Assembly: GCA_051881575.1 (NCBI GenBank)
Contig: JBJEQD010000105.1
Location: forward strand, 4,316-68,315
Source of the DNA: Acutalibacteraceae bacterium
Lineage (GTDB): Bacteria > Bacillota > Clostridia > Oscillospirales > Acutalibacteraceae
DNA: 64,000 nt
Reading direction: 5' to 3'
Shown here: positions 17,397 to 25,616 of the stretch, piece by piece
Numbering within the stretch: the first letter of the stretch is position 1
How the letters are laid out: each line of letters begins with the position of its first letter
Program-made: the position numbers and the translations under genes
Notes under the pieces: generated by a model
The model's database searches: none
What the model was told of the DNA's origin: nothing
The model's input: only the letters and a program-made list of their open reading frames with translations

Positions 17397-17507
17397 AATT
17401 CGTTCTTTCATATGCCGCAGGCATATTTCATATTTGCGAAGCAAATATTTCACAGCAAAGCTATTTCACTCGTTCCGAAGGAACGAATTTATTGAAAAAG
17501 CACTTCC
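17397..17507. repeat. TTTCA-punctuated array of short triloop hairpins
   Basis: TTTCA-[TATGCC GCA GGCATA]-TTTCA-[TATTTGC GAA GCAAATA]-TTTCA-[AGC AAA GCT]-TTTCA-[TCGTTCC GAA GGAACGA]. Confidence 0.75.
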
Positions 17508-17601
17508 ATTTTTTCTTTGCCCGAAGGGGAATTTACTATGCGGTAATTTCTTCTCGCCCTCTGCTCTTTTTTCTAAATAGTCTTATGTTTTTGTAGGTAT
17601 G

Positions 17602-18519
17602 TTATCTTTCAATAGACCAAAGAATCATATCTATTTTTCTTGGTGTCCAAAAATCTGTATTGAATTTATGATTTAACTCATCAGCTTTTTCTCTCATTAT
17701 TTCTATCAAAATGACACCGTCGCTTTTTTTCAAGGAATTGGGATTCATTTTATGCAGTTCATTGCAATATTTGGAGATATATAATTCTTTAAGTCGTTTT
17801 GCAACAAATTGGTCTATTGTTCCGAATTTTTGAGGAAAAATCACCGCTAATAATCCGCTTGCACCCGCTGCGCCAAGTCCGTGTATCTTGGTTGCCAAAT
17901 CTAAGCATTGTTCAATATCGTTATGATTCATTGTAAATATCTGAATTTGAATTTCGGCAAGTAAAGATAAGTTATCTTCGTCAACATATTTTTTTAATGC
18001 TTTTCTCGTTGTTGCCAAACGATTTTTTTGCGTGTATTTCCATACAAAATATTTGTCGTATAAGAAATCATAAAAATCTGTAACTGATAAAGCTTTTATT
18101 TCGTCTGCATTAAGATTTTCAATATATTTTTCTATTGCAATTTGTTCTTCCTTTAAAATTTCGTAATAATGGTTTAGTGCTCTTTCCCAATCCTCTTTTG
18201 AACCGTTTTCCCATAGAAATTTGAGAGATTTTTCTTCTGTAGCATAGCTTTCAAAATTTTTTATTGTCCTATTATCATTATCAATAAGACTTTGCTTTTT
18301 TTCATAATAACACACTTCGTCTGTATTTAATTGCATTGATACTTCATCAAATTTAATTTCATCTATACCATTATTTTTGGATTCGTTTTTGAAGTTTATA
18401 ATTCTTCCTGCTTTATAGCTTTTATGTAGCTTAACTATCAAAAAAATAACTGCCAAGCCAACAAACGCAATAAGAATATAGCTCCCGATTTCTTCAAAAA
18501 GACTATCAAGAATTGTCAT
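17602..18519 (-). CDS. Hypothetical protein: N-terminal TM helix + C-terminal HhH-GPD-like (DNA glycosylase-like) domain
   Basis: TM segment at residues ~12-30; IHGLGAAGASGLL hairpin motif, GTIDQFV acidic motif and terminal IDMILW; strongly AT-rich; SD GAGGTG. Confidence 0.55.
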   Translation of the reverse strand: MTILDSLFEEIGSYILIAFVGLAVIFLIVKLHKSYKAGRIINFKNESKNNGIDEIKFDEVSMQLNTDEVCYYEKKQSLIDNDNRTIKNFESYATEEKSLKFLWENGSKEDWERALNHYYEILKEEQIAIEKYIENLNADEIKALSVTDFYDFLYDKYFVWKYTQKNRLATTRKALKKYVDEDNLSLLAEIQIQIFTMNHNDIEQCLDLATKIHGLGAAGASGLLAVIFPQKFGTIDQFVAKRLKELYISKYCNELHKMNPNSLKKSDGVILIEIMREKADELNHKFNTDFWTPRKIDMILWSIER

Positions 18520-18667
18520 ATATAATGCACCTCAAAATCTTGCTTTAAATAATTGTATCATAAAAAACAATGTTTGTCTATTTTATAAAAAATAATTTAT
18601 AATTAAGAATTTTCACACAGTATGGATGTTTGAAAATCCTCGAAACATCGGTATTTAAGTAATAAAA

Positions 18668-18743
18668 AATTCGTTTTTCAAATTTGCAAAACAGCTGTTT
18701 CTCTTGTTCTGCAAGGAACGAATTTCATTGAAAAAGCACTTCC
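18668..18743. repeat. Eroded second copy of the TTTCA hairpin array
   Basis: AAGGAACGAATTT(C)ATTGAAAAAGCACTTCC at 18713-18743 matches 17478-17507 with one indel; AATTCGTT start also shared. Confidence 0.75.
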
Positions 18744-18759
18744 GAAGAAGTGCTTTTTC
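18730..18759 (-). terminator. Intrinsic terminator after the tRNA 3' copy
   Basis: GAAAAAGCACTTC-TTCG-GAAGTGCTTTTTC on the minus strand. Confidence 0.75.
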
Positions 18760-18868
18760 TTGGCCCGCCCGAAGGGATTCGATTCGCACGCCTGCGGGCG
18801 TTTGGTCGCTCGCGGTCACAACGCTCCACCGGAGCGTTGCTCTGTGCCGCTCGTCCTTCGAATCCCTT
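18760..18868 (-). repeat. Duplicated tRNA-Arg 3' end with inverted T-arm and 74-bp insert
   Basis: 18760-18782 identical to 18915-18937 (23 bp); AAGGGATTCGA...TCGAATCCCTT inverted arms. Confidence 0.85.
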
Positions 18869-18873
18869 ATCAT

Positions 18874-18915
18874 GCAAAAAACCGACAGGTCAGTCTTCGA
18901 CTGCCCTGCCGGTTT
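18874..18915 (-). terminator. tRNA-Arg terminator
   Basis: AAACCGGCAGG-GCAGTC-GAA-GACTG-A-CCTGTCGG-TTTTTT on the minus strand. Confidence 0.7.
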
Positions 18916-18992
18916 TGGCCCGCCCGAAGGGATTCGAACCCCCGATCTTCAGAATCGGAATCTGCTGCGTTATCCAACTGCGCCACGAGCGG
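18916..18992 (-). tRNA. tRNA-Arg (anticodon CCG)
   Basis: Cloverleaf CCGCTCG...CGGGCGG-G-CCA; anticodon loop TT-CCG-AT; T-loop TTCGAAT; encoded CCA; promoter TTGACT-17-TATATT at 19041-19013. Confidence 0.95.
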
Positions 18993-19041
18993 AAATGTTA
19001 AGTTACTATGAGAATATACACCAAATCGGGTCAAAAGTCAA

Positions 19042-19077
19042 GGCAATGCCGCACAATAATTATTGCACGGTATTGCC
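19042..19077. terminator. Hairpin after iolC
   Basis: GGCAATGCCG...CGGTATTGCC stem. Confidence 0.5.
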
Positions 19078-19092
19078 CCGTTTAAATCGTAA

Positions 19093-20112
19093 TTATTTGA
19101 TTTTTTCGATAACCTCGCCAGAGGTCGGCTTGGTTTTGTCGATGAACTCCTGAACAGCCTGAGCCGAGGGCATTGCTGCGGAACAGCTGTGAGCCGAAAC
19201 AAGCATTGAAGCCGAAGCCGTTGCAAATTCAAGCGCATCGGGAACGCTCTTGCCGTTCAGCAGAGAATAAATGAACGCCGATGCGTATCCGTCGCCGCCG
19301 CCGAAGCCTTTGAGCATCTTAACGGGGAACGGTTTAACCTTATATGCCGAGCCGTCGTTCAGGTAGGCAACGGAGCCTTCCTTGCCGTGCTTGATAATTA
19401 CAATCTTATTGCCGTAAGAGAACCAACGCTTTGCGGATTCTTCATCGTCGGCGCAAACACCCTCGATAGCTTCCGTGAGGTCAAACTCCTCTCTTGAGCC
19501 GAGGATAATATCGCTGTTTTTGGCGGCGATTGAATAATAAATCGAAATCTCGTCCTTATTCTTCCATGTGTAGCTTCTGTAATCGATATCAAAGATAACG
19601 ACAACGCCGTTTTTCTTCGCAAGGAAAAGAGTTTTGAGAGCCGCTTCTCTTGACGGGCTTGTGCAGAGAGCCGTGCCCGAAATAACAACAGCCTTTGCGG
19701 TCTTTATGTATTCCTCGTCAACATCGTCAACGCAGACCTGCAAATCCGCAACGCCGTCACGGTACATAAGAATACTGCTCTGAGTGGGGCTGAGAATTTC
19801 GGTAAAGGTCAGGCCAAGCTTTTCGCCGTTTTCGCATCTGAAAACATGAGAAACATCAATGCCGTCAGCCTTGAAATAATTCTCAACATAATCGCCGAAC
19901 TGATCGTCGGATACCCTTGCGATAAAGCCGCACTTTGCGCCGAGCCTTGCAAGACCGACTGCAATATTTGCGGGCGAACCGCCGACATATTTATTGAAAT
20001 TACTGCTCTGAGAAAGCGGCATATTCATATCGGTGGGGTTAAAATCGATTGCGATTCTGCCGATGGGGATAACATCCAAAGGCTTGGTTTTGTCAAATTC
20101 AATATAACTCAT
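19093..20112 (-). CDS. iolC: 5-dehydro-2-deoxygluconokinase (PfkB family)
   Basis: IGRIAIDFN...KYVGGSPANIAVGLARLG, FDIDYR, GFGGGDGYASAF are IolC-type motifs. Confidence 0.88.
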   Translation of the reverse strand: MSYIEFDKTKPLDVIPIGRIAIDFNPTDMNMPLSQSSNFNKYVGGSPANIAVGLARLGAKCGFIARVSDDQFGDYVENYFKADGIDVSHVFRCENGEKLGLTFTEILSPTQSSILMYRDGVADLQVCVDDVDEEYIKTAKAVVISGTALCTSPSREAALKTLFLAKKNGVVVIFDIDYRSYTWKNKDEISIYYSIAAKNSDIILGSREEFDLTEAIEGVCADDEESAKRWFSYGNKIVIIKHGKEGSVAYLNDGSAYKVKPFPVKMLKGFGGGDGYASAFIYSLLNGKSVPDALEFATASASMLVSAHSCSAAMPSAQAVQEFIDKTKPTSGEVIEKIK

Positions 20113-20126
20113 TTCGTTTCTTCCTT

Positions 20127-20972
20127 TCATGCTTTTCCGGCACAGCCGAATATTTCAATATGTCTGAGCGCATTTCTGTATGCGCCCTCAACCTCGGCGG
20201 TCTGCAAATCATAATAGCCTTTTATGCTCTGAGCGTCATAAGCCGCTCTTGCGCTCTGCTCAACGCTGTCAAAGGTTGCGGTTGCAATATTAATCTTGCT
20301 GATTCCGAGCTTTATGCATTTTCTGAAATCATCGGGGAGGATTCCCGTTCCGCCGTGGAGAACGAGCGGGGCTTTGACCAAAGCCGCCGTTTCTTCAAGA
20401 ATATCAAAGCGGAGCTTCGGCGCTTGCTTATAATTTCCGTGGGCATTGCCGATTGCAACGGCAAGAGCGTCAACGCCTGTTTTTTCGCTGAATTCAAGCG
20501 CCTGTTTGGGCGAAGTGCAGTTAATTGCAATGTCTTCGCTGCCGTCCTCGCTTCCGCCGACGCAGCCTATTTCGCCCTCGCAGTCCGCTCCGTATTCGGC
20601 GGCAAGCTGTTTCACCGAAGCGGTAACGGCTGAATTTTCTTCAAACGGAAGATGAGAGCCGTCAAACATAACGCTCGTAAAGCCGATGTCAAGCGCCTGC
20701 TTTATTTTTTCCGTAGTTTTGCCGTGGTCAAAATGAACGGCAACCGGCATCGGGCTGTTCTTTGCGGCGGCAACCATCAGCGGGCCGATAAGCTCCAGCG
20801 GCGAATGGTTCAGCCTTACCTCGGCAATCTGAATGATTGCCGGGCTTTTTGTTTCTTCAACCGCTTTGAGAACGCCGAGAACCATTTCCATATTTGCAAC
20901 GCTGAAGCTGCCGACGGCATAGCCCTCTTTCTTTGCCTTTTCCAAAAGCGGTTTCATGTTAACAAGAGGCAT
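20127..20972 (-). CDS. Class II fructose-bisphosphate-type aldolase (IolJ-like by context)
   Basis: VHFDHG, SVMFDGS, AVAIGNAHG, LVLHGGTG, KINIAT; adjacent to iolC. Confidence 0.88.
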   Translation of the reverse strand: MPLVNMKPLLEKAKKEGYAVGSFSVANMEMVLGVLKAVEETKSPAIIQIAEVRLNHSPLELIGPLMVAAAKNSPMPVAVHFDHGKTTEKIKQALDIGFTSVMFDGSHLPFEENSAVTASVKQLAAEYGADCEGEIGCVGGSEDGSEDIAINCTSPKQALEFSEKTGVDALAVAIGNAHGNYKQAPKLRFDILEETAALVKAPLVLHGGTGILPDDFRKCIKLGISKINIATATFDSVEQSARAAYDAQSIKGYYDLQTAEVEGAYRNALRHIEIFGCAGKA

Positions 20973-22119
20973 CCTGAGTCCCCTCCTTGAATTTTCCGTA
21001 ATAAATTGCGGCGCAGACTGCGCTTGTCAGCGGCAGGGTCAGAAGCATACCCATACTGCCCGCCAAAGCCTGCAAGATTTCCGCAACGATAAGCTCTTTA
21101 TTGACAACCTGCTCGATATTTGCGTTATAAGCAACAAGCAGAAGAACGCAGGTCAGCGAACTGCCGATATAGGCAAGCACAAGCGTATTCGCCATCGTTC
21201 CCATCATATCTCTGCCGATTGTGAAGCCCGATTTCATAAGCTCGGATGGCTTAATATCGGGTGATTTTATTCTGAGCTCATAAAGCGATGATGAAATTGA
21301 CATTGAAACATCCATAACCGCACCGACAGCGCCGACTATTATCATTGCAAAGACGATAGCTTTCAGATTAATCGGATTGTCGGGATAAAGCTGGAAAAGA
21401 TAGATTGACTCCTCCTCCAGCAAGCCCGTCATATTAAGGAATTTATCCATTATCAGAACGATTAATCCCGAGCAGATAACGCCGCTCACGCAGCCGATAA
21501 AAGAGCAAAGAGCCTTAACATTAAAGCCGCTGATTATGCTCAGCGTCATCGCCGTTATGAAAACGCACACGGCAATCGACCAGAAATAGATGTTCCTGCC
21601 GTTAAGAATTGCAGGGATAAGCACAACAAAAACCGCAAGGCAGGTGTAAAGAAGCGAAATGACGGTTTTGACGCCCTGCATTCTTGAAAATACGATAACA
21701 AGCAGGCAGAAAATGACAAGCAACCAGATGAGCGGAGTTATTCTGACAAAATCGCCGAAATAATAATTCAGCGTTCCGTTCTGAGTGTAGCCCTCAACGA
21801 GAATTTTATCTCCCTGCTCAACCTGACGGGGGCTGAACGCATAGGATTTATCAATCTCCTGAATAACTTCAATCGTTTTGCCTCTCAGGGAGGTGTTGAG
21901 AGCCTGCGCCTTGAAATGAACGGTCAGAAACTCATTTTCGCCGCTGACATTGCCTTTTTCAACCTCGGTGACACGGAGAACCTTGCATTTTATTGTTTCG
22001 CCCTCCATCGAGCCTTTGAAAATCGTTCCGCCGCCGACAACCGAAAGATACCCCGCAAGAATAATCAGCGCCGAGACAAAAACCGAGATAATCTGATAGA
22101 CAGCCTGCCTGTTTTTCAT
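20959..22119 (-). CDS. YibE/F family membrane protein
   Basis: GAVGAVMDVSMSISS, GRDMMGTMANTLVLAYIG, GMLLTLPLT motifs. Confidence 0.88.
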   Translation of the reverse strand: MKNRQAVYQIISVFVSALIILAGYLSVVGGGTIFKGSMEGETIKCKVLRVTEVEKGNVSGENEFLTVHFKAQALNTSLRGKTIEVIQEIDKSYAFSPRQVEQGDKILVEGYTQNGTLNYYFGDFVRITPLIWLLVIFCLLVIVFSRMQGVKTVISLLYTCLAVFVVLIPAILNGRNIYFWSIAVCVFITAMTLSIISGFNVKALCSFIGCVSGVICSGLIVLIMDKFLNMTGLLEEESIYLFQLYPDNPINLKAIVFAMIIVGAVGAVMDVSMSISSSLYELRIKSPDIKPSELMKSGFTIGRDMMGTMANTLVLAYIGSSLTCVLLLVAYNANIEQVVNKELIVAEILQALAGSMGMLLTLPLTSAVCAAIYYGKFKEGTQDASC

Positions 22120-22134
22120 TGTTTCACCTGTTTT

Positions 22135-23742
22135 TTATTTTGTAACCTTTTCTGCTTTTCTTTCTTCAATCTCGGCAACCATTTCCGCCTGCTTCTTCTC
22201 GGTTATCTTATAGAAGAACATGGGAACGGCGCAGGCAAACATGCTGATAACGCCCGAAAGAATGAGCATGTTCCAAAGTGTGTTTGCGCCCTCCGGGGAG
22301 ATAAAGCCGGTTTCGGAGTTTATGCCCGCCGCCGAGAACGATATAACGCCGATGAAAGCGCCGACAGCCATGCCGATTTTGTTGATAAGGGTCTGCATTG
22401 CGAAGCAGATTCCCTCGCCTCTTTCGCCTGTTTTCCACTCGAGGTAATCAACCGTGTCGCCGATCATAGCGTATGTAATAATATTGTTAACACCCTGAGG
22501 AATGCCGAGAAGAACAAGACCGATTGCCGCAACAACAAGCTTCCACGGTGCGTCATAGCCGACAAAATACATAACCGCCATAACAACGCCGCCGAAAAGA
22601 TGAACGGCAATATATGTCCATTTTTTCGTGAATTTCTTTGACATCCACGGAACAAGAACCGAAGCGACAAGGCCGCCCGGAACAACAAGGAGAGTTATAA
22701 GGCTGTAGAAGCCCTCATTCTGAAGAACATACTTTGCAAAATAAAGGCCGCCGGTGTATGTATAAACCATTCTTGCGCCGCCGAGAATGCCGGAAAGCAC
22801 GATGAGAAGAAGCTGTTTATTCTTGAAGAGAAGCTTCAGATTGTGGCCGAATGAGGGAGGATTGTCGGTTGCGGTGAAGCGTTCCTTGGTGTTTTTGAAG
22901 CCGTAGTAGAACATCGGGACAGCCGCAGCAACAAGAACAACGGCGCAGATGAAATAAGTCCATTTGAGTGTGTCCGCATTTGCGGTTTCCATTCCTGCCT
23001 TAACCGTTCCGATAAAGGATTCGGCGGCTTCATTGACCGTCATTCCCTTGGTTGCAACAAGCTTTGCAATTGCATCTGCCTTATCGGTGATAATCTGAGA
23101 GATATCAGCCTGTGTATACTTGAACTTTGCGGTTATACCGTTTGTGATAACGGGAACAAAAACGGTAACGATGCCTGCGCCAAGAGTGCAGACAAGTCTT
23201 GTGACCGTCAGAATGTTTCCTCTGACAACGGTATCGTTGGTCATGCAGGTGGAAAGTCCCCAATAAGGAACATCGGCAACGGTATAAACCATGCTCCAGA
23301 TAACATAAATGACAGAGATGATAACAAATGTTGAGGTCGCCTTTGAATTATAAACCGGGAGGAAGCAGGCGATGGTCATAAATGCAATCGGGATAGCCAT
23401 CCATTTAAGATAAGGGCGGCATTTGCCCCACTTTGTACGGGTCTTGTCAACGATGCTTCCCATGATGGGGTCGTTGAAAGCGTCAAAAACTCTTGTGCCG
23501 AGCATAAGATAAGCAACAGCCATCGAGCCGCTGAGCGCTCCGACAGTTACGCCGTCAGCGCCGAAAAGAAGCGCATCGGTGAGAAAAATCGTCAGGTAAG
23601 AGCCGATAATCGTGCAGATGAAATTCTGACCGAAGCCGGCTACGCTGTAGGCGATTGCCTCTTTTGGCTGAACGCCCTTGTTCGGAGTTGTTCCGAACAG
23701 CTTGTGGAGAAATTTGCTTTGGTTAAGTTTGCTTTGTTCCAT
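22135..23742 (-). CDS. MFS transporter, glycoside-pentoside-hexuronide (GPH) family
   Basis: DAFNDPIMGSIVDKTRTKWGKCRPY, YTVADVPYWGL, MIGDTVDYLEWKTG. Confidence 0.9.
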   Translation of the reverse strand: MEQSKLNQSKFLHKLFGTTPNKGVQPKEAIAYSVAGFGQNFICTIIGSYLTIFLTDALLFGADGVTVGALSGSMAVAYLMLGTRVFDAFNDPIMGSIVDKTRTKWGKCRPYLKWMAIPIAFMTIACFLPVYNSKATSTFVIISVIYVIWSMVYTVADVPYWGLSTCMTNDTVVRGNILTVTRLVCTLGAGIVTVFVPVITNGITAKFKYTQADISQIITDKADAIAKLVATKGMTVNEAAESFIGTVKAGMETANADTLKWTYFICAVVLVAAAVPMFYYGFKNTKERFTATDNPPSFGHNLKLLFKNKQLLLIVLSGILGGARMVYTYTGGLYFAKYVLQNEGFYSLITLLVVPGGLVASVLVPWMSKKFTKKWTYIAVHLFGGVVMAVMYFVGYDAPWKLVVAAIGLVLLGIPQGVNNIITYAMIGDTVDYLEWKTGERGEGICFAMQTLINKIGMAVGAFIGVISFSAAGINSETGFISPEGANTLWNMLILSGVISMFACAVPMFFYKITEKKQAEMVAEIEERKAEKVTK

Positions 23743-23808
23743 TGGTTCAGTTCCTTTCTGTTATATTTATTATTAAAGATAATAGTAACCTTATAGAAAG
23801 TTTATAAA

Positions 23809-24537
23809 TCAAACTAATGATTTATAAAAATCAAGCGCTTTGAACCTTGTTCGGGTCTGAGAAAGAAGAAATTTTTCGCAGACCTGAGCAAAGCGGATTT
23901 CATCCCGTTCGGGCATTGAAAAAGAATAAATTCTTTCAATCGGATTTGCGCAGACATGGCGCATTGCGGCAAGAACGGTTGCGTTTATTATTTCACCGCC
24001 GCCGCAGTTTTTGCAATAAATACAGCCGTCATCAAGATTGAGAAAGGCTTCTCCCGACGGCTCGCAGCCGCAGCCACGGCAGACGGTCAAATCGGGCATA
24101 AAGCCCGAAAACGCCGCAATTTTAAGCTCCGTTACGCCCTTTAAGAAATTGTTTGAGCGCCGCCCTGTTTCAAGCAGATGCATTGAGTTCAGAAGCACCC
24201 GCAGATAATTCCTTGCAGGCTCCATTTCGGGCGCAAGCTCTGCGGCAACAGCGCAGAAATACTGCGCCAGCGCAAGCTTTTCGATATCTTCCCTCAGCCC
24301 GAAAAAAACTTCCTTTGCCGAAGCGTCGTCGATTATGTAGCTGTCCCTGCTCTTATAGATTGAAAAATCCGCATAGCAAAGGGACTGCGTTGCGCCGTGC
24401 ATACGGCTGTTTATTTTCTTGGCTCTGTTTGCAAAAGCCCGGAGCACTCCGTATTCGGAGGTGAGCAAAGTAACAAGTCTGTCACTTTCCCCCGTGTCCG
24501 TCACTTTCAGCACCAGAGCGTCGGTGTTCATTCTCAT
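23809..24537 (-). CDS. recO: DNA repair protein RecO
   Basis: GESDRLVTLLTSEYG, CRGC...CKNC zinc motif; after era; start 24537 or 24531. Confidence 0.9.
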   Translation of the reverse strand: MRMNTDALVLKVTDTGESDRLVTLLTSEYGVLRAFANRAKKINSRMHGATQSLCYADFSIYKSRDSYIIDDASAKEVFFGLREDIEKLALAQYFCAVAAELAPEMEPARNYLRVLLNSMHLLETGRRSNNFLKGVTELKIAAFSGFMPDLTVCRGCGCEPSGEAFLNLDDGCIYCKNCGGGEIINATVLAAMRHVCANPIERIYSFSMPERDEIRFAQVCEKFLLSQTRTRFKALDFYKSLV

Positions 24538-24643
24538 TTTGATTTGCCCCCGCCGCACCGTTTCGGGCGCAGTTTCTGAATTCAAGATAATCTCCGACCG
24601 AGCCGGATTTTGAAAATTTTCTCCATGCCTCTTGCTTATCCAT
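24482..24643 (-). CDS. YqzL family small protein
   Basis: Hand translation MDKQEAWRKFSKSGSVGDYLEFR... (53 aa) with SD GGGAGG; sits between era and recO as yqzL does; below the ORF-track cutoff. Confidence 0.7.
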   Translation of the reverse strand: MDKQEAWRKFSKSGSVGDYLEFRNCARNGAAGANQNENEHRRSGAESDGHGGK

Positions 24644-24718
24644 TTTTATCATCCTCCCGTTACTAATTTAACACGGCAACGGAAAAATATAATCGGGAAA
24701 AATAAGGCATTTGAAATT

Positions 24719-25606
24719 TTAATCAAGCCCGAAATTATGGATAAGCCCCTCTCGGTTGCGCCAGCCCTCTTTGACCTTGACCCAGCATTGGAGATTGACC
24801 TTGCATTGGAAAAAGTTCTCCAAATCAACTCTTGCTCTCGTTGAAATTCGTTTGAGCATTTCTCCCTTTTTGCCGATGATGATGCCCTTGTGCGAATCCT
24901 TTTCGCAGTAAATCGTCGCTTCAACATCCATGATGTCGCCGTTCGGACGCTCACGCATTTTTTCAATGCTGACCGCAACTCCGTGCGGCACCTCCTTATC
25001 GAGCAAAAGCAGCATTTTTTCACGGATTATTTCAGCCGCAAGCACCCTTTCGGGCTGGTCTGTCAGAGTATCGTCGGGGAAAAAGTGAACGGATTCATAA
25101 GCAAGCTTTTCAAGCTCCGAAATCAGGGTGTCAACATTCTCGTTTTTGAGTGCGCTGACGGGAACAACCGCTTCAAAGTCAAATTTGCTTGTAAATTTGA
25201 CTATTCTTTCCATCAGCTGTTCCTTTTGCTTTATTGTGTCAATCTTGTTGATTGCAAGCACAACGGGAACTTTTTCGGCTCTGACTCTTTTGAGAAGCTC
25301 AAGCTCGGTTTCTTTGATTTCTCCCTCGGGCTCGGTCACGAACAGGCAGACATCAACGCCGGTTATTCCGTCGCCGACCGCCTTTATCATTTTTTCGCCG
25401 AGCTTTGTTTTGGGGTGATGATAACCCGGGGTATCGGTGAAAACAAGCTGAGTATCACCTCTGGTTAAAACTCCCATGATTCTTGTTCTCGTTGTCTGCG
25501 GCTTTTGGGTGACGATAGCCACCTTCTGACCGAGCATTCTGTTAAGCAGAGAGGATTTGCCGACATTCGGGCAGCCGACAATTGCTGCAAAAGCTGTTTT
25601 TGGCAT
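24719..25606 (-). CDS. era: GTPase Era
   Basis: GCPNVGKSSL, PQTTR, DTPG, NKID; KH domain with IIIGKKG. Confidence 0.95.
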   Translation of the reverse strand: MPKTAFAAIVGCPNVGKSSLLNRMLGQKVAIVTQKPQTTRTRIMGVLTRGDTQLVFTDTPGYHHPKTKLGEKMIKAVGDGITGVDVCLFVTEPEGEIKETELELLKRVRAEKVPVVLAINKIDTIKQKEQLMERIVKFTSKFDFEAVVPVSALKNENVDTLISELEKLAYESVHFFPDDTLTDQPERVLAAEIIREKMLLLLDKEVPHGVAVSIEKMRERPNGDIMDVEATIYCEKDSHKGIIIGKKGEMLKRISTRARVDLENFFQCKVNLQCWVKVKEGWRNREGLIHNFGLD

Positions 25607-25616
25607 TTCTGACTCC

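Noticed and set aside
16512-17507. CRISPR array
   Set aside because: Units are not identical direct repeats with unique 30-40 nt spacers; they are varied hairpins in both orientations, and no cas genes are present
18655-19153. ORFs spanning the tRNA and its duplicate
   Set aside because: Antisense or overlapping readings of tRNA-Arg and repeats
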